Source: a virus
Lineage: Duplodnaviria; Caudoviricetes
Direction: 5' to 3' (one strand)
Virus record (IMG/VR): IMGVR_UViG_3300021400_000045
Location: 1-64,000 of that record
Length of the DNA stretch: 64,000 nt
Made by a program: the position numbers and the translations under genes. Of this stretch, positions 30,164 to 40,263 are shown piece after piece. The notes beneath the pieces are model-generated. The model was not told where the DNA came from. It searched no databases and saw nothing but the letters and a program-made list of their open reading frames with translations. Positions within the stretch are counted from its first letter, which is position 1. Each line of letters begins with the position of its first letter.

Positions 30164-31564
30164 TGAAGCTGATCGACCTGAATGACGACCGCGTCTATAC
30201 CATCGAAGACCTGAAGCGGGAATGGGAAACCTTCCGCAAGGAAGAACCTTGGAATCACGCCGAGGACTTCAAGACGGAATTGTTCGAGATCCTGATGGCG
30301 ACCGTCAACGGACGGAATGACATGGAGATCCTGGACGCGACGCCGGACGAGGTGGAACAGTACATCAACAACCTGAGAAAGGAAATCGGATTATGATTCT
30401 GGGTGACTTCCTGAAGGTCTGGTATGGGCATATCGTGGTGAAGACATCGGCTCCGAAAAGATCGCTGGTACCGTATGTGACGCTCTATGATTCATGGGAG
30501 AATCCAGACATCCCGCCGGACATCATGCTGCGGAAGATCAAACTGATTGAGTTTATGGACAACGGTATGTCCGAGATCGCATACATTATCGTAAAGGAGG
30601 ATAAAGAATGAGAGTGCACATCACCGCCGATTACACCTACTCAAAGCACAATGACGTGACCCTCACCTATACGGAAGAGGATTCCAGAACTGAGATCCAG
30701 CTGAGCTACGATGGCTACGGCGAGTACGGTTACATGCCGGAGACGCTGGTCATGGGAGCGGACAGCGAAATGCGTCTGACCGATCTCCTGAAGGAACAGC
30801 TGGCGGAACTCAAGGCGTTTCTGGATTACGACTTCGAGGATCAGGAATTGCTGAGCGAAGAGGATTGGGAGCGGTACGATGATTACCCAAGAGGCGCTCT
30901 GTACGCGTTTGAATATGTGATAACCCACATACTGCAAGGAGAAAACTGATATGGTAAACGGAAAGTGTTACGGAAGCGAGCCGGATTTCACCCAGCGTTA
31001 CATGATTGGGCTCGGAACCGGAACCCTCGCCACGATGGATCACGCCAATGAGGTCACGGTATATCTCTACCGTGATATGGACAGCATGGACGCACACTTC
31101 TGCCACATCTACGACAGGAAGGAAGGCCGCATGACGAGCGGTTGCCGCTGGAAGTGGACGTTCCACTGTGACCTGATGAACCCTGAAGACAGGGCCGATA
31201 TCTGGGCCGAATGGAAGTGAGGTAGGGAATATGAAACGGAAACCGTTTAAGGAACTGAGCCGTGACGAGCGAATGAATGAGCTGCTGGAGCACGTGAACT
31301 CCATCATGCACCGCATCCATCCGAAGAGAGAGCTGTGGGTAGACTACATTAAGTTCGACGATGAGAACATCAAGCGCTTCAGTGACTGGACTTGCCAGCG
31401 GCTTGGCCTCCTGACTGGTCTGGAATACATGATCGTCAGCGAAGGTACTCATATGGAGAACGTACTGTATGCGGTCAATGTTTCGGCGGACTCGGAACTG
31501 ACGGCAATGTATGAGCTGTTCGACTTGCTGAGTCGGAAGTTTTAAGGGGTTATGGAGGGGTTAT

Positions 31565-31738
31565 ATGAAACTGGCTGTGGTGTGCGAGGATGACAACGGA
31601 ATCATTTCTGTGTGGTTCCCCGATGTGACCGGCGAGCAGTGGGGCGAGGCGATCGACCCATTCATACACACCGGCTGTTCTACGGCTGGAACATTGGATG
31701 ACGTGATGGATGAACTGCGTGAAGCGTTCGAGGAATGA
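31565..31738 (+). CDS. Small acidic protein resembling a HicB N-terminal domain
   Basis: Hand translation ...ISVWFPDV...GCSTAGTLDDVMDELREAF; RBS GGAGGG. Confidence 0.4.
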   Translation: MKLAVVCEDDNGIISVWFPDVTGEQWGEAIDPFIHTGCSTAGTLDDVMDELREAFEE

Positions 31739-32336
31739 AAGGAGAAGCACAAATGGAAATCGAGACCAAGCTTGGAACCCTGAAGGCGAGACTGATCAAT
31801 TCAAAGAACTATCCCGCAATCAGCGTTGGACTGAAGACCGACGAAGGCTGGACGGAATACGCTGTCCTTGAGGTTGATCAAAACCCGTGGGATGAACCGA
31901 AGCTGAAGGTTCGTGTGTACAATCCCACGGAAGATGAACCTGTAGTCAATCTTCAACTGAAAGAAGATGGACTCTTGTCGACCCCATACTGGAGGGAAGA
32001 AGACTGAAAGGAGACAGAATATGAAACTTGGTGACTATGAATGCATGACGACATTCTGGGATGATTTCACCATCGCGGAGAAGTTCGGTACGGGCGCAAT
32101 TATCGATACCTATAACCGGGCGTTCGATGAATGGAAATCGAATTTCATGTACCTGACGGAGCTGGTGATGGTGCTGAACCACAAGCTCTGGTGGTGGTAC
32201 GAGCATGGCAATGATCCCGGCTATACGGAACTGTACAATATCTTCTATGACGAGACGTCCCGTTATGCGGAAGAGAACCTGAATGGGGAGCAGTTCGATT
32301 ATTACTGGCGGATCACGGACTGAAAGGAGAATGATT

Positions 32337-32630
32337 ATGACACCTAAAGAACGTTTTAATCTCATCGTCAAGATTGTGGAACGCGCAGATGAACTTAAAA
32401 TCGGGGTCGGCACTCGCATTACGCAGATGATGGACATCGAGAATGCGGACAAGCAGTTCAACCTGAGACTCGAAGAGTTCCTAAACGCCGACTCGATGGA
32501 CTTCTGCCACGACTTCTGCGGCATCCAGCGCCACATGGATCGGACACTCGGAGTGTGCAAGGTGGTTGATTTCTTTGTGCCGAGGTTCGCTGGTCTCACG
32601 AAAGAAGAGATCGTGTTCTGGGAGGAATGA
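32337..32630 (+). CDS. DUF6874-like protein
   Basis: MDI...LRLEEFLNAD..DFCHDFCGIQRHMDR...FVPRFA. Confidence 0.6.
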   Translation: MTPKERFNLIVKIVERADELKIGVGTRITQMMDIENADKQFNLRLEEFLNADSMDFCHDFCGIQRHMDRTLGVCKVVDFFVPRFAGLTKEEIVFWEE

Positions 32631-33277
32631 GTATGGAATACCATAATCTCTACGACCACATCTGTGCCGTACTGACAAACTATGAAGGGTATGGGAACGA
32701 CTACGACAAAGGAAATCCCGAACCGCTGTATGAACTGCTGGTGGACATCTGTAACATGATGTCCGGTGGCGAACTGATAGTGAGGACGGAAGGAGAATAA
32801 GTATGTTTGATTGGACTGGAGACTGCGCTTGCAAGTATGGATTTGATGATATGTATGATGATTTTGAGTACGCGCTGCGGAAAGCGATTGACGATGGTGA
32901 TCCGTTTGATACTGGATGGGTCGGCTCTGCTAAAGAGCTCATGTCTTTTCACTTGTGTTATGACGGAGACAGACTCCAAATCGAAACCCATGCCGAGATG
33001 GATGACGTCGATGATCTGATCAGCCTCGACTGTGAACAAGGCTACAAGCTGAATGAGAAACAGTATAAGGCCGTGCGGAGAATATGGGATCAGAATGATG
33101 AATGGGCAACGGAAACCAATAACATCCGCATTATTGAATTGACAACATATGAAGACATTCTCGGTAATCTCGTGGAGATGGCCGGAGAGGATGACAATGT
33201 TTTGAGCGATGTGTTCAATCAACTCAATGAAACAATCAATTGGGTGCTTGAAAACAATTACATGGAGGAAGAATAAT

Positions 33278-33685
33278 ATGAACAATGGTTTCAATCGTCG
33301 TCTGGGTCTGGATATCTCCCCTGCCGAAATGCTCTCCATGCGTGAGAGCGGGCTGAATAACAAACGCATTGCCGAGCGGCTTGGCGTGTCAATCAACACT
33401 GTCTACCGTTACATCGGCAAACAGCCGAAGGGTATGCCCCGTGAGCGCAAGCCGGAGCCGGAACTGGAACCGGTTTCGATCAAGGTCACAAACGCTCCTG
33501 CGCTGAAGCTGGTCAGTACCGTGTCGCTCCTGAAGGGCGAGACGTCGGAGTACAAGATCGACAGCGTGAAGAACATGGTCGAGATCAGCGGCTTGCTGAA
33601 CGGAGTGCTCGACCAGCACACCATTGACCAGACCATCCGCGAACTAAATGAGGTCAAGCGGGTGTTCGCCAGCATGAAACTGTGA
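33278..33685 (+). CDS. HTH DNA-binding protein
   Basis: GLNNKRIAERLGVSINTVYRYI. Confidence 0.8.
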   Translation: MNNGFNRRLGLDISPAEMLSMRESGLNNKRIAERLGVSINTVYRYIGKQPKGMPRERKPEPELEPVSIKVTNAPALKLVSTVSLLKGETSEYKIDSVKNMVEISGLLNGVLDQHTIDQTIRELNEVKRVFASMKL

Positions 33686-36316
33686 GGTGATTGGAATGAC
33701 GATTGCGGAAGCGATTGTAAAGCTAATGAACACGGAAAACACTCTGGAGAATATCTGGGGCTGGTCTGCCACAGATCCCCATGCGCAGGAATTCAGGGGC
33801 ATGGTTGATGCACTCAATGAGTGTATCGAGTATCTGGATGGGAATCTGGAACTCTTCCAGAAAACCGAAGGGAGGTAACAGGAATGAAAACCCATTACGA
33901 TTATACAAAGACTTTCCTCGGAGAGTCTGACGCCGCAAGGCTGATTGTCGAGTCCTGCGTGGATGGGCACAGCGTTCTTGAATACCTGAAGTTCGGACAG
34001 GACGGCGGTTACCACGCCTATGTGGTGGATGTGGACTGCGAGATCCCGAATGGTTACGTCTGTGCCGTTCACCGCAATGGCGCTGGCTGGCTGAAGACAT
34101 ACGATGATATTGGAACAGTAAACAAGTTCAGTTTCGAGACCGGCGTCAGGATCTACCGGCGCGGCGAGTTCGGCTGCATTATCCAGCTGATGTGAAAGGA
34201 GAAAGAAAATGACATTTGTTGACATGATGATGAAGCACGACGTGGATGAAGACAAGATGTACGGACTTCTTGGGAAATTCATTGCCACCGGAATCGGCGA
34301 GAAAGAAGTCTTGCGTGATATCAGGGATGACATCATGACGATTATCAATTACATCAATAACGAGCCGATCACCGTCGACAACTATGACGTTGCGGATCAT
34401 GCGATCGCAGTCGTGTTCGGCGAGTCACAGCGCTTGCTGGGGAAGTGTCAGGCGCTATGGAATCTGCACATCATATCAGACAAACTGTACAATGAGGCGG
34501 AAGTTATTTGCATGTCCATCGAGGAAGCGTTCTGGCGCTGGGCCGACAGCAAGAACATCATCCTGCTGGACGACGAGGACGACGAGGAGGAACAGAAATG
34601 AATAATGATTTCGCTCAGAAGCTGACGGAAGCGGGAGTGACGCCCGCCCGTCTGGACGCGCTGCTGGAAAGACTGGACGATGAGGACGGCGGTGATTTCC
34701 TGTACAGCCACCCTGGACGGTACATCAAGCGTCTGATCAGAGTGATCAAGCATGTCTTCGATGACCCCGATATTGCCAGCGACGTGGAAGGAATTATGAC
34801 AACAGCCTACGAGCTGCTGGGTGCTGTGTGTGTGCTGTATGAGGATGATATGGTAAGCAACTCTCGGATCAGCGATGAGACGATGGATGAGGTCGATGAT
34901 CTCTCCGGTGCAATTGCCACAGTGTGCAGAAAGGAGCTGCAAAATGAATAAGGAACGCCGTCGTGAGCTGCGGGTGGCCATCACCCGTCTGGAGGAAGCG
35001 TACGAGCATCTGAATGAGGTGCTGGCGGATGAGCAGGACGCCTTCGATAATCTGCCGGAAGGGCTTCAGGCGTCGGAGCGGGGCGAGGCAATGGAAGAAG
35101 GGATCTCCACGATGGAAGACGCGCTGGAAGCTCTGGACGAGATCAGGGAAAGCCTTGAGGAACTGATGTGAAAGGAGCAGAAACCATGACGAAGGAAGAA
35201 GCGAAGCAGGAGCTGTTCAAACGGCTGGATCTGGACGGAAGCATCATCTTTCATGTGTACGAGCTGAATGACAAGTATCTGGTTGGATCTGGAATCATCG
35301 GAAACGAGGACGACCTGTACAACAGCGACCGCCTCTATGATTACGGGTACGATTACTATCATGAGGAATCGTTTGATGTCGGAATCGTGAACACATACAT
35401 GATCGGGGAGGGCGAGGCTGACCATGCATACGCATCTGACTGCGCTATTATCGAGGACATGCTGAACAGCAAGAGCTACGGCGAAGCGTTGTGGAAGTAT
35501 CTAGAAGAAGACGCCGACTTCATCAATGCCTGTATGTGTGGGACGGTGAACAATCCGTGCTATGAGCCTGACGAAGAGGAGGGAGAATAAGAAATGATCA
35601 GCGGAATCAAATCGAACCAGCGCATCATGAGCTATCGTTTCGTCATTGACCCGAACTTCAGACCGATCTATGGGGAGGACAATGGCCGCCCGATGGTCAA
35701 GCTCTTCCTACAAGACACAGAATACCTGACACGCCAGTTCGACCATGTCAGAACGGAGCATGGTTTTCTCCCGATGATCCCACCCAAAGACAGCCGTGGG
35801 GAGTTCGACGACGAGGGTTGGTACTTCATCACTGCTGAAGTCGTCTCTCTTCCCAGCGGCATTGACATCAACGTCTGGGCAGAAGTCAGAAGCTACGGGG
35901 CCGAGGACGACGGAACCATGTACAAGCTCGACATGTCTGTCTCGGACACTCTGATGGTAGCGCTCACGCTGAACGACCAATGCGTCAACCTGTGGGACGA
36001 CAACCTCGTGACCATGCTGAAAGAGTGCAAGGAAAGCCTGTAAGGAGGGAATCAGAATGAAGACCTACATTTCCAAGATCGATGGTAAGTACTATGCCTT
36101 CGCCGGTGACATGATCAACAACCAGGTGGTATCGATCGGTGCGGACAACCCACCATCCGGGCAATGGTGCGCGAAATGGACGGATGCCGGAATCAAGTAT
36201 GTCTCTACGTGGTCACCCTCCCGGGAGGCCGCACGGAAAAAGGCCCAGTGCCACGGCGAGTATGTCGGTGAGGTGTGACCCGTTCGACATATATATAGGA
36301 AAGAACCAGAAATTTC

Positions 36317-36333
36317 TGTGACATAATGTCACA
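36317..36333. promoter_or_regulatory. Second copy of the operator TGTGACATAATGTCACA
   Basis: Matches 16998-17016 in reverse orientation. Confidence 0.6.
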
Positions 36334-36551
36334 AATCGAAAGGAACAGGAACCATGATTCACATGCATATCGTCTGGTACGACCGGAAGGAAGACTTTAC
36401 GCCCAACTATGACGCTGACCATCATGGTACGATTGCCGGAGCCACGCCGCAGGAATGTATGCGGCAGTTCTTTGAACTCAGAAGCAATCACGACCTCGCG
36501 AAGTACACCTGCATGGAGATCAGCTTCATCTACTGACGGAAGGAGAACAGC

Positions 36552-37121
36552 ATGGAAACAGTATTCAAGGCCGACGATTTCAACACCATCCTCAAGTCCT
36601 GCGGACTGGCAGTCACTGACAAATACGATGGGCGGGTGGTTCTGCGGAACATCTGCCTCGACATCTGGCGTGACCACTGTGTGGCGGTGGCGTTGGATGG
36701 AACCATCCTGATGCAAGTCACTGTTCCCTGCGAGTCGGATGTGACGGAGAAGACGCGCATCCTGCTCCAGCCCCTGAAGCCGGTGCCCAAGATGACCCAT
36801 GTCGTCATCACATCGCCGGACTCCAGCCCCAGACCGGAGCGGATCGAGATCAACTTCAACCGCTATTCCTACACGGAGTTGACGGTCGTGCAGTATCCCG
36901 TGAAGGGCGATTACGTTGACTACGAGAAGATCATCCCAGCGGAACGCACGGAGTACAGGATCGCTGTCAGCCCGAAGAAGCTGATGACCGTCCTCAAGGG
37001 GATCGACTCCAAGTATGTGTGGCTCTCCTTCGGCAAGCCGCTGGAATCATTCCTCGTCACGCCCACGGATGAAGAGCATGACATCACAGGCCTGGTGCTT
37101 CCGGCTCGGATCAGCTCCTGA
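36552..37121 (+). CDS. Truncated beta-sliding-clamp-like protein
   Basis: LRNI...AVALDG, GDYVDYEKIIP, C-terminal GLVLPAR; 189 aa versus about 370 for a full clamp. Confidence 0.6.
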   Translation: METVFKADDFNTILKSCGLAVTDKYDGRVVLRNICLDIWRDHCVAVALDGTILMQVTVPCESDVTEKTRILLQPLKPVPKMTHVVITSPDSSPRPERIEINFNRYSYTELTVVQYPVKGDYVDYEKIIPAERTEYRIAVSPKKLMTVLKGIDSKYVWLSFGKPLESFLVTPTDEEHDITGLVLPARISS

Positions 37122-37122
37122 T

Positions 37123-37151
37123 TTGACAGGCCAGAACACGGGCAGTATAAT
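37123..37151 (+). promoter_or_regulatory. Perfect consensus SigA promoter
   Basis: TTGACA-17 nt-TATAAT. Confidence 0.85.
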
Positions 37152-37177
37152 GGTCGCACGAAAGGAGGGAATATCGC

Positions 37178-37384
37178 TTGTACATTTGCACGGTTGAAAG
37201 CAACTCGACCAGCCCTCGTGAGTACGAGGTGGACACCAAGTCTGCGATGCGATGTGCCAGGAAGTACGGACGCTGCGAAGGCGATGAGACCGTGACCGTC
37301 CGCACCAAGTCCGGCAGAATCGTATCGTGTGTGAAGTGGACGCCGCAGGACGGCGGACAGTACTACTACGCTCACACCATGTGA
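37178..37384 (+). CDS. Small protein in a stand-alone transcription unit
   Basis: TTG start, RBS AAGGAGG, own promoter and terminator. Confidence 0.7.
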   Translation: MYICTVESNSTSPREYEVDTKSAMRCARKYGRCEGDETVTVRTKSGRIVSCVKWTPQDGGQYYYAHTM

Positions 37385-37395
37385 GCAGAACAGGA

Positions 37396-37421
37396 ACCGC
37401 CATTGACGGCGGTGTTTTTTA
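37396..37421 (+). terminator. Intrinsic terminator
   Basis: ACCGCC-loop-GGCGGT-GTTTTTT. Confidence 0.75.
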
Positions 37422-37776
37422 TTGGAGGGAATATGGCGTTAGTTGTGTATTCATGTGAGACCTGTGGCCGTGTCTGGGCCACGGAGGAGGAAGCGAACAC
37501 CTGTCAGGCCACGCACCAGCTGGTGACAGCCGTCAAGGAATGCCGGTTCAAGAAGAGGGCCGACCCTGAAAAGTATCCCAGCAGTCTCGTCTGCACAATG
37601 GCCGATGGAGCGGAGCTCATCTACTACATCGGACGTGCGGAAAACCAGACGGCGAAAGCGCTGGATTACAAGTCCCAGCGGCGGGCACAGAACCAGCCCA
37701 GCGTAAGAGCTTAACGATCATACGGATTAAACCATGACAGCGATCTGGAATCCGTTTACAGAAAGGAAAATTGAAT

Positions 37777-38934
37777 ATGAAGTTGGGGAGTTTGTTCTCC
37801 GGTTCCGGCAGCTTTGAGCTCGCCGGACTTTTTAATGGGATCGAACCCGTGTTTAATTCGGAAGTAGATGCCTTCCCTGTAGCAGTCACGGATAAACGGC
37901 TCCCCAACGTCAAGCAGTTGGGCGACGTAACGAAGATCAGCGGAGCGAAAGTCGAGCCGGTGGACATCATCACCTTCGGTTCGCCGTGTCAGGATCTGTC
38001 CATCGCCGGTAATCAGGCTGGCATCCATGAAGGAACCAGAAGCTCCCTGTTCTTTGAAGCCATCAGGATCATTAAGGAGATGCGGAATGCAACATCAAAT
38101 CAGTTTCCAAGATTTGCTGTCTGGGAAAACGTCAAGGGATCTCTCAGCTCCCACAGCGGAGCAGACTTCAAAGCCGTCCTCGAAGCGTTCTGCGAAGCCG
38201 CAGGAGCCGACGTTCATGTACCTCTCCCTGAAGTCAACAAAGGGAAATGGGCCACAGCCGGAACCGTCGTGGGAGATGGTTTCTCGATTGCCTGGCGTGT
38301 CTACAACGCCGTCGGTTGGGGCGTTCCCCAGCGCCGTGAGAGAGTCTACCTTGTCGCAGATTTTGGAAGCGAACGTGCCGGAGAAATACTCTTTGAGTCC
38401 GAGAGCGGCGACGGGTATTCAACGCAGAGCTACGAGGCGTGGCAAGCCTTTGCCTTCGGTACTGAAGGAAGCGCTGGACGAAGTGATAGCCAGTGCATGA
38501 TCTGGGATGCCCGTGGCAATGGCGACGGACTCACTTCCCCCACCATCACCGGCGACCACAACAACCGGATCACCGACTATACCGCCGTCATTGTAGAACC
38601 GAGACCTGCGACCCACTACTTCTCCATGCAGCGCTTCGATGAGTTCAAGGAGAGCGATGCGGCATCCACCCTCAAACAGCGTGACTACAAAGATGTAACA
38701 GACATCGTGGTCGAGGAACGGGAACCAATACAGGAACGCAAGTACATCGTCCGGCGGCTGACGCCCACGGAAAGCCTGATTCTTCAGGGCTTGCCGAAAT
38801 GGTGGTGCGATGATGTGAAAGGTCGGTCGGACACAAAGGTCTATCGTCTCAGTGGGAACGGCATCGCTCTCCCCTGCGCGATCGATGTCCTCTATAAAAT
38901 CACCAAAGCATACGACATGAAAGGAGCGGCGTAA
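37777..38934 (+). CDS. C5 cytosine DNA methyltransferase (alpha polypeptide)
   Basis: LFSGSG (motif I), GSPCQD (IV), WENV (VI), PQRRER (VIII), RRLTPTE, GNGI (X). Confidence 0.9.
   Translation: MKLGSLFSGSGSFELAGLFNGIEPVFNSEVDAFPVAVTDKRLPNVKQLGDVTKISGAKVEPVDIITFGSPCQDLSIAGNQAGIHEGTRSSLFFEAIRIIKEMRNATSNQFPRFAVWENVKGSLSSHSGADFKAVLEAFCEAAGADVHVPLPEVNKGKWATAGTVVGDGFSIAWRVYNAVGWGVPQRRERVYLVADFGSERAGEILFESESGDGYSTQSYEAWQAFAFGTEGSAGRSDSQCMIWDARGNGDGLTSPTITGDHNNRITDYTAVIVEPRPATHYFSMQRFDEFKESDAASTLKQRDYKDVTDIVVEEREPIQERKYIVRRLTPTESLILQGLPKWWCDDVKGRSDTKVYRLSGNGIALPCAIDVLYKITKAYDMKGAA
38087..38500 (+). CDS. Nested alternative-frame methyltransferase beta polypeptide (M.EcoHK31I-type)
   Basis: Own RBS AAGGAG; STLSQILEANVPEKYSLSPRAATGIQRRATRRGKPLP. 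Confidence 0.7.
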   Translation: MQHQISFQDLLSGKTSRDLSAPTAEQTSKPSSKRSAKPQEPTFMYLSLKSTKGNGPQPEPSWEMVSRLPGVSTTPSVGAFPSAVRESTLSQILEANVPEKYSLSPRAATGIQRRATRRGKPLPSVLKEALDEVIASA

Positions 38935-40010
38935 TGAGAAAACTTGCAAGCGTTCAGGTCATCTGGAATGTGGAACCCATCGAGGGTGCGGACAGGATCG
39001 AGCTTGTCCATGTCCTCGGCTGGCAGTGCGTGGCCAACAAGGGCCAGTTCAAGAAGGGCGATGTCGGAGTGTATTTCGAGATCGATTCCTTCCTCCCCAT
39101 CCGTGAGGAGTTTGAGTTCCTGCGGGCTTCCTCATACAAGAAGACGGACATCATGGGCGAGGGCTTCAGACTGCGGACTCAGAAATTCCGTGGCCAGCTC
39201 TCTCAGGGACTGGTGCTTCCGCTGTCTGTCTTCCCTGAGATCCCGGCGGACACGCCTGTCGGAACCAGCGTAGCGGAACAGCTCGGTGTCATAAAGTGGG
39301 AGATTGAGGAACGCGCCACCACTGGAGGCACTGTTGCCGGAGTACTCCCCGCCTGTGTGCCTCATACAGACGAGACGCGAGTGCAGAACGAGCCGGATCT
39401 CCTTCAGGAGTTTGCCGGACTGGAATACTACATCACAACCAAGATGGACGGCTCGTCTCATTCGATTGCCATTGACGAGGACGGAATGCACGTCACCGGA
39501 CACAACTTCGAGTACAAGGACGATGGTTCAAGTGCCTTCTACGAGTTCGTGAAGAAGACCGGTATTCTGGAACGGGTCAAAACACTTCACGATATTGTTC
39601 GCGACAGGCACTGGTTCTGTGATGACGGAGAGGAATTGGAATCTCTGGTCGTTCAGGGTGAGTTCTGTGCTCCCGGCATCCAGAGGAACCGCCTGAAGCT
39701 GACGAAGCCGGAATGGTACGTGTTCACCATTATCGTGAACGGCAACCGCCTTGGAATGAAGGATATGGTCATGCTGTGTGACGCCGCTTCCCTGACATAC
39801 GTGCCGATCGATGAAGTGGACACTGATCTTCCATCCAAGTATCCCACGGTGGAAGCCATACTGGAACGAGCGGACGGGCAGTATCCCAACGGCGGGCCGA
39901 ATGAGGGGCTGGTCATCAGGCCGACTGTACCGGTCATATCCAAGACAATCGGAACCTGGCTTTCCATGAAGGCCATCAACAACAAATACCTGCTGAAGAA
40001 TAAGGAGTGA
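38934..40010 (+). CDS. RNA ligase, DRB0094/Rnl5 family
   Basis: RKLASVQ...IEGADRIE N-terminus; KMDGS (motif I), QGEF, EGLV, SMKAIN. Confidence 0.85.
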   Translation: MRKLASVQVIWNVEPIEGADRIELVHVLGWQCVANKGQFKKGDVGVYFEIDSFLPIREEFEFLRASSYKKTDIMGEGFRLRTQKFRGQLSQGLVLPLSVFPEIPADTPVGTSVAEQLGVIKWEIEERATTGGTVAGVLPACVPHTDETRVQNEPDLLQEFAGLEYYITTKMDGSSHSIAIDEDGMHVTGHNFEYKDDGSSAFYEFVKKTGILERVKTLHDIVRDRHWFCDDGEELESLVVQGEFCAPGIQRNRLKLTKPEWYVFTIIVNGNRLGMKDMVMLCDAASLTYVPIDEVDTDLPSKYPTVEAILERADGQYPNGGPNEGLVIRPTVPVISKTIGTWLSMKAINNKYLLKNKE

Positions 40011-40014
40011 GCCT

Positions 40015-40263
40015 ATGAACATGGAATACGCGGCAATGCGGATCGTGCGTGAATATGCGCTGGAACACCTCGACAAGTCCGACTCCGTGCCGGACTTCGA
40101 TGTGTTCACGGTCTGGAAATGCAAGACGTTGCAGAACTGGAAGTTTCTGATCAGCACGAGCCTGTACGACGGAATGTACTATGAGCTGACCTACAACGGT
40201 GACCAGCAGGAATGGTATCTGGACGCCTACAAGAAGTTCGAGAACAGGGTGGTGAAACTGTGA
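40015..40263 (+). CDS. DUF6275-like protein
   Basis: VWKCKTLQNWK..ST...DGMYYELTYNGD..EWYLDAYKKFEN. Confidence 0.75.
   Translation: MNMEYAAMRIVREYALEHLDKSDSVPDFDVFTVWKCKTLQNWKFLISTSLYDGMYYELTYNGDQQEWYLDAYKKFENRVVKL

Larger units (their letters stand above)
23074..37714 (+). other. Early/accessory array of roughly 45 small co-oriented, translationally coupled genes
   Basis: For example 23207-23395, 23420-23932, 23937-24089, 24114-24653, 24637-24828, 25612-25887, 25890-26168, 26172-26456, 26848-27315, 27735-28136, 29266-29559, 29574-29834, 30160-30396, 30393-30611, 30608-30949, 30951-31220, 31231-31545, 31753-32007, 32021-32323, 32633-32800, 32803-33276, 33884-34195, 34209-34601, 34598-34951, 34944-35171, 35186-35590, 35594-36043, 36057-36278, 36354-36536, 37433-37714; most with an AGGAG/GAGG RBS. 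Confidence 0.85.
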
